This document shows, in pieces, positions 55,922 through 64,000 of a stretch of 64,000 nt of DNA. Source of the DNA: Terriglobales bacterium (GTDB taxonomy: Bacteria > Acidobacteriota > Terriglobia > Terriglobales > Acidobacteriaceae); NCBI GenBank assembly GCA_016185365.1, contig JACPNP010000028.1:42454-106453 (forward strand). The letters are read 5' to 3'. The translations under genes and the position numbers were made by a program. The notes under the pieces are model-generated. The model did no database searches, was not told the DNA's origin, and was given only the letters and a program-made list of their open reading frames with translations. Every line of letters begins with the position of its first letter. Position 1 is the first letter of the stretch.

Positions 55922-56001
55922 GTACTGTCTCCCGCCCTGAGCAAGCATCTCTCTCCGGAATCCTCCCGGTGTATCATGTTTGCGTCACACCGGAAGCACC
56001 T

Positions 56002-57933
56002 ATGACAACGCGCAACAGCCGCATCACCACTCCGCTGGTCAGGGAGAACGGCCGGCTTCGTCCCGCGACCTGGGACGAAGCGCTAGACCGTGCCGCGCAG
56101 GGGTTCCGCACCGCCGTGGAAAAACACGGTCCGCGGACCTTCGGCATGTTCAGCTGCTCGAAGACGACCAACGAGATGAACTACCTGGCGCAGAAGTTCG
56201 CCCGGGCGGTGATCGGCAGCAACAATATCGATAGTTGCAACCGCACTTGACACGCTCCCAGCGTCGTCGGTCTGGCGACGGTCTTTGGAGCAGGCGGTGG
56301 CACCAGCTCGTATCGTGAGATCGAAGATACGGATTTGATCGTCCTCTGGGGCAGCAATGCCCGGGCGGCGCATCCCATCTTCTTCCACCACGTGCTGAAA
56401 GGGATCCGCAATGGGGCGAAGCTCTATGTGGTGGACCCTCGCAGGACGGAGTCTGCCCAGTGGGGAGAGAAATGGCTGGGCTTGCATGTGGGCACGGACA
56501 TCGCGCTCTCCCACGCCATCGCCCGGGAAATCATCGCCAATGGCCTGGAGAACAGAAGTTTCATCGAGAATGCGACTAGCGGCTTCGAGGAGTACCAGGC
56601 CTACGTCGAGCCATTCACCCTGGAGTACGCGGAGAAAGAGTGCGGTGTTGCCCGGGAGCTGGTCCGCGAGCTGGCGCATGCCTACGCGCGCGCCGATCGC
56701 GCCCAGATCTGCTGGACCCTGGGAATCACCGAACACCATAACGGCGTGGACAATGTGCTATCGCTGATCAACCTGGGCCTCTTGACCGGCCATGTTGGGC
56801 GATACGGCTCGGGGCTGAATCCCCTGCGTGGGCAGAACAACGTGCAGGGCGGGGGCGACATGGGCGCCATCCCCGACCGGCTGACCGGGTTTCAACACGT
56901 GGAGAATGACGAGCTTCGCGCCAAGTTCGAAAAGGCCTACGGCGTGAAGATCCCCGCCCAGCGCGGCTGGCACTTGAGCGGGATGTTCGATGCGATGGAA
57001 CATGGCGAGTTGACAGCTCTATATGTGATCGGCGAGAACCCGGCCAACTCGGAATCGGACCAGCACCGCTGTATGAAACTGCTGAAGGGGCTCGAGTGCC
57101 TGGTCGTACAGGACATGCTGCTCACCCAGACTGCCGAACTCGCCACCGTGGTCTTTCCTGCCGCCGCAGGCTGGGTCGAGTCTGAAGGCACTGTGACCAA
57201 CAGCGAGCGTCGGGTGCAGCGCGTGCGCCGCGCCAAGAATCCGCCCGAGGGTGTGCGCGATGACATGACCATCCTTTGCGATCTGGCCGATCGCCTCGGC
57301 CACAGCCTGGGACATCCCTCCGCTGAAGAGTTGTGGAATGAATTACGCACCTTGAGTCCAATGCATGCCGGCATGAGTTACGAACGGTTGGAGAAGTCCG
57401 GCGGGCTGCAATGGCCGTGCTATGACGAAACCCATCCCGGCGAACAATATTTGCACGCCCGGTTGTGGGAGCGTCCGATCATCGGGCCGCTGGCGCCGTT
57501 CAGTCCGGTGCAGCATGATCCACCGGTGGATCTACTGGACAAGGACTTCCCTATCCGGCTGACGACTGGACGACGGCTTGATTCCTATAACACCGGCGTC
57601 CAGACCATGCACTATGCTTCTCCTCTGCGCTGGGGCGAGACGCTTGATCTCTCACCGGAAGACCTTCAGCGCATGGGTCTGAACGAAGGTGACATGGTCC
57701 GGATCGTCTCCCGCAGGGGCGCGGTCGAGGCGCCAGTGCGCGTGGACCCCGGCTTGAAGCCAGGGTTGGCGTTCATGACGCTTCATTTCCCCGATCAAGT
57801 GGCTACGAATGAGCTCACCATTGACGCCATCGATCCGAAATCCGGCGTGTCCGAATTCAAAGCCACCGCCATCCGCGTGGAAAAGGTGAGCATGAAAAAG
57901 AAGCAGGAAGCGGAGGCCGCGGTCTCCAACTAG
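56002..57933 (+). CDS. fdhA: Formate dehydrogenase catalytic (bis-MGD) polypeptide with in-frame UGA = selenocysteine; lacks all N-terminal Fe-S domains
   Basis: Track ORFs 55969..56250 and 56335..57933 are in the same frame and are joined through TGA at 56248-56250. The context [27 protein letters not shown] aligns with E. coli FdhF [27 protein letters not shown]. The N-terminus RITTPLVRENGRLRPATWDEAL corresponds to the FdhF segment just after its Fe4S4 domain. Confidence 0.85.
56248..56290 (+). promoter_or_regulatory. UGA(Sec) codon plus SECIS-like stem-loop
   Basis: UGA is followed by an 11-nt spacer, then the stem CGUCGUC (56262-56268), loop GGUCU, and stem GGCGACG (56274-56280). An outer helix GCUCC (56254-56258)/GGAGC (56286-56290) is also possible. 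Confidence 0.7.
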
Positions 57934-57949
57934 GGCCAACTGACCACGC

Positions 57950-59740
57950 ATGGACCTCCACTTCACGACAGCCGAGGCGACTGCGGAAGAAAGAGCCGCC
58001 GTGGACGCTTGCCTGGCCACTGTGTCGCTGAACGGATCCCGCCGTCAATTCCTTCTTCCGGTCTTGCACGCCATCCAGGACCGCGTGGGTTGGATCAGCG
58101 AAGGCGCATTGAATCACGCATGTCAGCAACTTCACGTCGCGCCGGCAGAGGCCTATGGTGTGGCTGATTTCTATGCGCTGTTTGCCACCCGCCCCCGGCC
58201 GAAGACCGTCGTTCACATCTGTGACGACATCGCCTGCCAAGTCCGAGGCGCGGAAACACTCTGCCGGCAGATGGAAAAAGAGTTCGGGCCTGCCGGGTCG
58301 AGCAAGGATGGTTCCGCGACCTGGCATCGCAGCCCGTGTCTTGGCGTGTGCGAACGCGCCCCAGCCGCGCTGGCGATCACAGCCGGAGAGAAAACGAGCG
58401 AACACGTGATTGCGCCGGCGACCGCGCCGGACGTCAGATCCGCGCTTCGAGGCGCGACGATCAAGCAACCGGCCCTTGCTATCTCAGTTCCGCAAGCCGG
58501 CCAATCAGGACTGCGACTGTTGAAGCGGATCGGCACGGTCGACCCCACAAGTCTGGACGCCTACCGGGCCAGTGGCGGCTTCCTCGCGCTGCGCCGGGCC
58601 CTGGAGATGGGCGCGCTCGAGGTCATCCGTGAGGTCACGGAATCCAAGCTGGTCGGCCGCGGCGGGGCCGCCTTTCCCACCGGCATGAAGTGGAGCGGCG
58701 TGCGCAGCGCGCCTCTGCCCCGCTATCTGATCTGCAATGCCGACGAATCCGAGCCGGGTACGTTCAAAGACCGCGTGATCATGGAAGGCGACCCGTACGC
58801 ATTGGTCGAATCCATGATCATCTGTGCTTACGCCACCGAGTGCTCGCACGGCTACTTGTATATTCGCGGCGAATATCCACTGGCCACGAGCCGACTGGAA
58901 CACGTCTTGCAACAGTGCCGCAACCGCGGATTCCTGGGCAAGAACATACTGGGCAGCGGGTTCGACTTCGACATCGAGCTACGCCGGGGCGCGGGGGCCT
59001 ACATCTGCGGCGAAGAAACGGCGCTGATGAACTCCATCGAAGGCCATCGTGGCGAGCCGCGCAATAAGCCGCCTTTCCCAACGCAAGTCGGTCTCTTCGG
59101 CAAGCCGACAGTCATCAACAACGTCGAGACGCTGGTCAACCTTCCGCAGATCCTCATCGAAGGCGGCAAAGCGTTCGCCACCATCGGCACCGAGAAATCG
59201 ACCGGGCCGAAGTTGTTTTGCGTCTCCGGCCACGTCAACACGCCCGGGGTGTACGAGGCGCCATTCGGGATCACGTTGCGGCAGTTGCTGGACTTGGCCG
59301 GCGGTATCGGCGGCACCGGAAAAGCGCAGGCCATTCTTCTGGGAGGCGCGGCCGGCGCATTCGTCGGCCCGAAGGACATGGATGTGCCGCTTACGTTTGA
59401 AGGGTTGCGCGCCATCGGCGCGACGCTCGGATCCGCCGTGATCATGCCGTTCGACGATTCCGTCGACCTCAAACAAATATTGCGGCGCATCGCCGGCTTC
59501 TTCCGCGACGAATCCTGTGGTCAGTGTGTGCCTTGCCGGGTGGGAACGGTGCGCCAAGAGGAGCTGCTTGCTCGTATGGCCTCCGGTAAGACGATCGGCG
59601 GGATGAAGCAGGAGCTGGTCCTGCTCAAGGAAGTGGGCCAGGTCATGCGGGACGCTTCTATCTGCGGCCTGGGCCAGACCGCCTCCAGCGCCATCGAATC
59701 GGCATTAGCGAAATTCCCTATCTTCGAGGAGAAGCGATGA
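57950..59740 (+). CDS. NAD(H)-binding diaphorase subunit: NuoE-like [2Fe-2S] domain fused to NuoF-like FMN/NADH/[4Fe-4S] domain (FDH beta/gamma fusion)
   Basis: 596-aa ORF. The N-terminus has CDDIAC...CLGVCERAP (NuoE-type cluster). It is followed by GRGGAAFPTGMKW, ICNADESEPGTFKDR and ESCGQCVPCR (NuoF motifs). Confidence 0.85.
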   Translation: MDLHFTTAEATAEERAAVDACLATVSLNGSRRQFLLPVLHAIQDRVGWISEGALNHACQQLHVAPAEAYGVADFYALFATRPRPKTVVHICDDIACQVRGAETLCRQMEKEFGPAGSSKDGSATWHRSPCLGVCERAPAALAITAGEKTSEHVIAPATAPDVRSALRGATIKQPALAISVPQAGQSGLRLLKRIGTVDPTSLDAYRASGGFLALRRALEMGALEVIREVTESKLVGRGGAAFPTGMKWSGVRSAPLPRYLICNADESEPGTFKDRVIMEGDPYALVESMIICAYATECSHGYLYIRGEYPLATSRLEHVLQQCRNRGFLGKNILGSGFDFDIELRRGAGAYICGEETALMNSIEGHRGEPRNKPPFPTQVGLFGKPTVINNVETLVNLPQILIEGGKAFATIGTEKSTGPKLFCVSGHVNTPGVYEAPFGITLRQLLDLAGGIGGTGKAQAILLGGAAGAFVGPKDMDVPLTFEGLRAIGATLGSAVIMPFDDSVDLKQILRRIAGFFRDESCGQCVPCRVGTVRQEELLARMASGKTIGGMKQELVLLKEVGQVMRDASICGLGQTASSAIESALAKFPIFEEKR

Positions 59741-60723
59741 GCACGCCGCCCAAGGCGCCGGACATGAAGATCCCGATCCCGCGTGGCCCGCTGCCCATCT
59801 TCCCTCCGGAACGGCCCAAGCGGCTGGTGGAGATCACCATCGACGGCAAGCCGGCTTCAGTCCCGGAAGGCTCCACATTGCTCGAAGCGGCGCGCACAGT
59901 GGGTATTGAGACGCCCACCCTTTGTTATCTCGAGAATCTCACTCCTGTGAATGTGTGCCGAATATGCGTGGTCGAGTTGGAGAACTCCCGGACATTGGTT
60001 CCGGCTTGTTCGCGCAAGGTCGAACCGGGGATGAAGGTGCAAACGGATTCTGAGCGTGTGCGCACCAGCCGCAAGCTCGTCCTCGAGCTACTGGCTTCCT
60101 CGGTCGATGTTTCCACCGCGCCGCAGTTCAAGGAGTACATGCAGCGGTATGACGCTGCGCCGGAGCGCTTTGGCCCGACGGGAAGTCCGGCGAAGGCGGG
60201 GGAACGCGATCAGATCCAGCCGGGCCACCATCATGCCGCAGATGGCGTGCACGCGGAAACCGTGGCCCAACCGGTGAAGGTGGACAATGATCTGTATGTG
60301 CGCGACTACGGCAAATGCATCCTCTGCTATAAGTGCGTGGAGGCCTGCGGCGTGGACGCGCAGAACACATTTGCCATCGCAGTCGCCGGACGCGGGTTCA
60401 ACGCCCGCATCTCCACCGAGTTCAATGTGACCCTGCCCGACTCCGCGTGCGTCTATTGCGGGAACTGCATCGGCGTGTGTCCCACCGGCGCGTTGATGTT
60501 CAAGAGCGAGCATGACATGCGCCAAGCCGGCACATGGGACGAGAAAAAGCAGTCGCAAACGGACACGATCTGCCCATATTGCGGCGTCGGCTGCCAGCTC
60601 ACGGTGCACGTTCAGGAGCAGCAGATCGTGAAGATCACTTCCCCGCTCGATCACAGCGTGACCAACGGACACCTCTGCATCAAAGGGCGGTTCGGATATG
60701 AATGGGTGAACCTGAAGAAGTAG
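59737..60723 (+). CDS. Fe-S subunit equal to the N-terminal part of an FDH alpha/NuoG-like protein: [2Fe-2S] + 4Fe-4S ferredoxin domains + Molybdop_Fe4S4 domain, ending where the MGD domain should begin
   Basis: 328-aa ORF with an ATGA overlap with the upstream gene. It has ITIDGKPASVPEGSTLLEAA..PTLCY..NVCRICVVE, CILCYKCVEAC, CVYCGNCIGVCP and finally ICPYCGVGCQLTV...GHLCIKGRFGYEW, followed by a stop. Confidence 0.85.
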   Translation: MSTPPKAPDMKIPIPRGPLPIFPPERPKRLVEITIDGKPASVPEGSTLLEAARTVGIETPTLCYLENLTPVNVCRICVVELENSRTLVPACSRKVEPGMKVQTDSERVRTSRKLVLELLASSVDVSTAPQFKEYMQRYDAAPERFGPTGSPAKAGERDQIQPGHHHAADGVHAETVAQPVKVDNDLYVRDYGKCILCYKCVEACGVDAQNTFAIAVAGRGFNARISTEFNVTLPDSACVYCGNCIGVCPTGALMFKSEHDMRQAGTWDEKKQSQTDTICPYCGVGCQLTVHVQEQQIVKITSPLDHSVTNGHLCIKGRFGYEWVNLKK

Positions 60724-60729
60724 CCGCCG

Positions 60730-60927
60730 CTATTTCTTGCTTGCTTCCAGCAGCAGCATCAGCCGCACCAGCCCGGCAAAGACCACCACGCCCGCCAGAC
60801 TCAGGGCAATGAAGATCCAATCGTGATTGTTGATGCCGCTCAATCCGACGGCGAACGACAGCGCCAGCACCAGCAGGCAGACAGGCACTAGCACCACTTG
60901 CATCAGGCCGCCCGTGAATCGGGTCAT
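60730..60927 (-). CDS. Small two-TM membrane protein (65 aa), hypothetical
   Basis: The ORF has two hydrophobic helices (VVLVPVCLLVLALSFAVGL and IFIALSLAGVVVFAGLV). There is no other support. Confidence 0.4.
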   Translation of the reverse strand: MTRFTGGLMQVVLVPVCLLVLALSFAVGLSGINNHDWIFIALSLAGVVVFAGLVRLMLLLEASKK

Positions 60928-61002
60928 GGAAGGTTCCTCCTGGCAGCGAGGGCCCGGCTACGGCGCGAATTGTAAGACGATTCCTTGCGCTTCGCAACGC
61001 AA

Positions 61003-61026
61003 GAAAAAGCCCGGCCGAAGCCGGGC
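61003..61026 (-). terminator. Rho-independent terminator downstream of the giant repeat protein gene
   Basis: On the minus strand, GCCCGGCTTCGGCCGGGC is followed by TTTTTCTT. A second hairpin, CTTGCG..CGCAAG, follows at 60984-61002. Confidence 0.75.
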
Positions 61027-61047
61027 CTGATGCGACGCTGCCGCGGA

Positions 61048-64000
61048 CTATTTCTTTCCTAAGGACGAATGAGCTGCTGTCCTTGATCTTCCGGCATTCT
61101 GTACTGATTCTTTCCTCGGCGCGAATAACTCAGGATGCAAGTACGTGCCCTGCTCGGCCGGAGGTTTGGTCTCTTCGACACGGATGCGATTCGCATCCGC
61201 GTAGGCGTCGTGCCGGATTCCCGTCACTTGCCATGAGACCCTTGCATTCGGGCGTCCTCCGGCGATCTGGAAACGGTTGTGCGCCACTTCTCTTGCCACG
61301 TATAGATTTGGCGCGGGCCGTCCTAGCGCGGTCAATTGATAGCGGAAGTCACGATTGAGCGCCTCGAACCACTCCGGCAGGTCGATCCAGGCGCGTCCCT
61401 TTGCATCCAGCGTGACCACGCCGTTGTAGATGTTCATCATGTCCGGCGATTCCACGAACGAGTGGTACAGATACTTGCGCGCCGGATCGAGCGGGTGGTC
61501 GATCTTGAACGAACCCGCACCTTTGGAAAGGGTGCCGCCGACCGAAAGACTGCCCGCGAAGAAACTGGTTGCCGCTCCGCTCACCTGGATCGGGGTCTGA
61601 GAGGTCAAAGTCTGTACCTGCAACCCGCCGGCAAATGTGCTTTGCGTCCCTCCCGACACTGTAAGAGTATTCATCGTGACATCACCCTGACTATCCACCT
61701 TGAATTTTTCCTGACCCGCCGAAGTGGCGTGGATGAGGTTTCCGGTCCCGAAGAACTCGACCTCCAACCCCGTCCCGCCATTGCCGACGAAGCTGTACAG
61801 GCCGGTCGCGGTGGTCCCGTTCACCTCGCCTCTCACGCCGATGCCGCTGACCGCGCCGGATTCCCCCTTCACTCCTATGCCGCCTCCCGCATCGCTCGAA
61901 TCCACTGCTCCTTTGACCCCTATCCCATCCGGGCTCCTGGTCGAGCCTTTAACGCCGAACGCAGTCCCCGTGCTCGCATGGGCTTCGCCGGAGACTCCAA
62001 TGCCGGCCGGATTGTCAACGATCCCGAGTACGCCTTGCGCATCACCACCGTTCAAATTGCCGGTGGCCCCGTTCCATCCGACCACACCGGGTGCATTGGG
62101 AGTACTGGTGAACCCCGCCACTCCCACCGCCGTGTTCGCCGTTGCTGTCGCGATTCCGACCACTCCGGCCGGGATCGATGTCTGCGCAAAGGCGAATGTT
62201 GGGTCCGACAGGAGCAACACAGAATTGTTCTGCGTTCCGCTGATGATCGCACTCGCCGTGCTCCCGGCAAGATTCAAGGGCACGCTGATACCCCCGCCGG
62301 TGGTCGCATCGGTCGAACAACCCCAGGCAGCCCCTGTCCACTTCGGGATCTCATTCAAATTGCAGGAGGGTATACCTGTCAGTTGTGTCGTCGCATCCGG
62401 GAACTTGAATCCACCCGTACTCGAGCGGACAATGCCCGAAACATCTAAGGTCGTGGACGGGGTCAAAGTCCCGATCCCGACCCGTCCCGTCGCGTTGTCC
62501 ACCACCATCCGGGCCGTACCGTTCTGAGCGATCGAGCCGGTGCCAAAGAGCAACCGGGAGGCATTCGTGGCCAGGATCACGTCTCCTGCCGATGAACCCG
62601 CCACATAATTCCCGGCCACGCCTGCGATCGCCAGGATGCCTTCGTCCGCCGTCCGCCCGATGACATAGCTGGTGTTGTTGCTGGCGCCGCCGGAACGCAG
62701 CCGGACACCGAACCCTGTAGCGTCGTTCACTGTCAGCCGAGTGCTGGGTGCGTTCGTGCCGATACCGACATTGCCGGTGGCATCGATCCGCATCCTCTCC
62801 ACGTTGTTGGTGCCCAGGATGAACGGCGCGCTGATCACCGTCCCCATCCCCGTCGTCGCCCCGCCCTGCAGATACGCCGCGCCCACTCCCATCCCGAAGG
62901 GCGCCGCGATCGCCGAGCCCGAGATGCCGAACTGCGCTGTCCCGGTCGTGTCGTTCTGGATCAGGATGTCCGTATAACCCGCGCTGCTGTTGTTCCGCAT
63001 CTTCATCCGGATGGCCCCGGCCGCTGCCGCTGTCCCATTCAGGTGCAGCAGCGCCGTCGGCGCATTGATGCCGATGCCGATGTTGCCGCCGGCATCGATC
63101 CGCATCCGCTCCAGGTTGTTCGTCCCCAGGATGAAGGGCGCGCTGATCACCGTGCCCATCCCTGTGGTCGCCCCGCCCTGTAGATAGGCGGCGCCCACTC
63201 CCATGCCGAACGCGCTGTTGGTGGTCGAGCCCGAGATGCCGAACTGCGCGTAGAGCCCCGTGTTGTTCTGGAACAGCATGTCCGTGTAGCCACCCGCGTT
63301 GGTGTTCTGCATGCGCAAGCGGAGCGCCCCGAAACTCCCGATGCTGTCGGTGATATGCAGCTTGCTTCCCGGCGATGTCGTGCCGATGCCGATGTTGGTC
63401 CCGTTATCGAACAGCAGCGAATCGCCGATGTTGGTCGCGCTGGTCCACTTGGTCACCCGGTTGACCGTCCCATTGACTCCGCCGTTATCCACGGCGACCG
63501 CCGGGTCGGGAGTCCGGCCGGCCGCTTGCACTTCCGCCGATCTCGTCTTCGCCCCGCCGCCCTGCAATGGCGACAACCGTAACTGATAGTCGCTGGCCGG
63601 ACGTCCACCCAGGGTCTCCGCATCCGCCGCCTTCAGCGCATAGGGCACGCTTACCAGCATCACACGGGGTTGCTGCCCGCCTTTTCCATCCGCGCTCTGC
63701 ACCTCCAGCCAGCGCGCATCCCCGCTGGCGAACAGCTCCGCCGGCAGCCCGGCATCCGACGCCGCGCCCAGCAGTACGCTATAGCGTCCTTGCTCATCGG
63801 CACGAACGGTCTGCGATTCCGACCAAAGGGCCGCGGTTGAATCCTGGGCGTCATAGATCCGCAGGTTCACCACCACGTCCCCGCTCAGCGCTTGGCCCGC
63901 AACGTCCCGCAGAGTGCCACTGAAGCGCACCACCCGCGGTACGCCCGCCGCCGGCTTGCCAACGGCCACGGTGGAATCCTCCGGTGTGTCCTGCACAGGT
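61048..64000 (-). CDS. Very large repetitive surface/tail-fibre-like protein; N-terminus runs off the window
   Basis: 982+ aa. The frame is open to the window edge, so the GTG at 63996 is probably internal. The motif xVGIGTxxPxxxLxV recurs at least four times. The body is Gly/Thr/Ala/Ser-rich. A distinct roughly 150-aa C-terminal domain reads SFKIDHPLDPARKYLYHSFVESPDMMNIYNG...RVSWQVTGIRHD. Confidence 0.7.
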   Translation of the reverse strand, partial: PVQDTPEDSTVAVGKPAAGVPRVVRFSGTLRDVAGQALSGDVVVNLRIYDAQDSTAALWSESQTVRADEQGRYSVLLGAASDAGLPAELFASGDARWLEVQSADGKGGQQPRVMLVSVPYALKAADAETLGGRPASDYQLRLSPLQGGGAKTRSAEVQAAGRTPDPAVAVDNGGVNGTVNRVTKWTSATNIGDSLLFDNGTNIGIGTTSPGSKLHITDSIGSFGALRLRMQNTNAGGYTDMLFQNNTGLYAQFGISGSTTNSAFGMGVGAAYLQGGATTGMGTVISAPFILGTNNLERMRIDAGGNIGIGINAPTALLHLNGTAAAAGAIRMKMRNNSSAGYTDILIQNDTTGTAQFGISGSAIAAPFGMGVGAAYLQGGATTGMGTVISAPFILGTNNVERMRIDATGNVGIGTNAPSTRLTVNDATGFGVRLRSGGASNNTSYVIGRTADEGILAIAGVAGNYVAGSSAGDVILATNASRLLFGTGSIAQNGTARMVVDNATGRVGIGTLTPSTTLDVSGIVRSSTGGFKFPDATTQLTGIPSCNLNEIPKWTGAAWGCSTDATTGGGISVPLNLAGSTASAIISGTQNNSVLLLSDPTFAFAQTSIPAGVVGIATATANTAVGVAGFTSTPNAPGVVGWNGATGNLNGGDAQGVLGIVDNPAGIGVSGEAHASTGTAFGVKGSTRSPDGIGVKGAVDSSDAGGGIGVKGESGAVSGIGVRGEVNGTTATGLYSFVGNGGTGLEVEFFGTGNLIHATSAGQEKFKVDSQGDVTMNTLTVSGGTQSTFAGGLQVQTLTSQTPIQVSGAATSFFAGSLSVGGTLSKGAGSFKIDHPLDPARKYLYHSFVESPDMMNIYNGVVTLDAKGRAWIDLPEWFEALNRDFRYQLTALGRPAPNLYVAREVAHNRFQIAGGRPNARVSWQVTGIRHDAYADANRIRVEETKPPAEQGTYLHPELFAPRKESVQNAGRSRTAAHSSLGKK
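62743..63327. repeat. Intragenic tandem duplication (period 312 bp = 104 aa) inside the giant repeat protein
   Basis: The protein block FGMGVGAAYLQGGATTGMGTVISAPFILGTNN(L/V)ERMRIDA occurs twice, at aa 263-302 and 367-406 of the ORF. The DNA copies are near-identical around 62790-62940 and 63100-63250. Confidence 0.85.

Noticed and set aside
55969-56250. 93-aa ORF and the following 532-aa ORF (56335..57933) as two separate genes.
   Set aside because: They share a frame and are separated only by TGA at the conserved Sec/Cys active-site position, with a SECIS-like hairpin. They are better explained as one selenoprotein gene.

Overview
High-GC (about 60-65%) bacterial chromosomal window, gene-dense on both strands. 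My guess is Acidobacteriota-like. This is inference only, from CarboxypepD_reg-type TonB receptors, BNR/sortilin-like giant proteins and abundant REP/RAYT elements.

About 60 genes can be supported. Housekeeping genes include acs, uvrB, dnaX-ybaB-recR and tRNA-Asn. Others include secreted peptidases (M14, M20, S9 prolyl oligopeptidase), an olsB/olsA-type aminolipid pair, a fused E1 2-oxoacid dehydrogenase, and a Rieske oxygenase/GcvT-like/tandem CrtI-like oxidoreductase cluster. There is also a PepSY + TonB-dependent receptor pair behind a strong palindromic operator.

Most notable observations:
1. A nine-gene, translationally coupled operon (19878-25763) of uncharacterised membrane/redox/ligase proteins: YHS, DoxX, DinB, a DedA::ATP-grasp fusion, an NRDE/TANGO2-like protein, two micro-TM proteins, a ferric-reductase-like::Rieske fusion and a Cys-rich anchored protein.
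2. An NAD-linked formate dehydrogenase operon (56002-60723). Its catalytic subunit carries an in-frame UGA (selenocysteine) with a good SECIS. The alpha subunit is split exactly at the Fe4S4/MGD boundary, and the two halves are encoded in permuted order around a NuoE::NuoF fusion.
3. Three loci where the 3' end of a gene is duplicated around inserted DNA: tRNA-Asn (two tandem copies), a Rieske oxygenase around an IS200-like element, and an FAD oxidoreductase around a CPBP protease cassette.
4. Several dispersed repeat families: REP pairs nested around a RAYT, a 50-bp hairpin repeat with a compensatory stem change, and inverted arrays of GATTTGC-type heptamers sitting in 5' leaders.

Many long ORFs in the supplied track are antisense shadows of real genes and were rejected. 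No rRNA, CRISPR array or integrase gene was seen.
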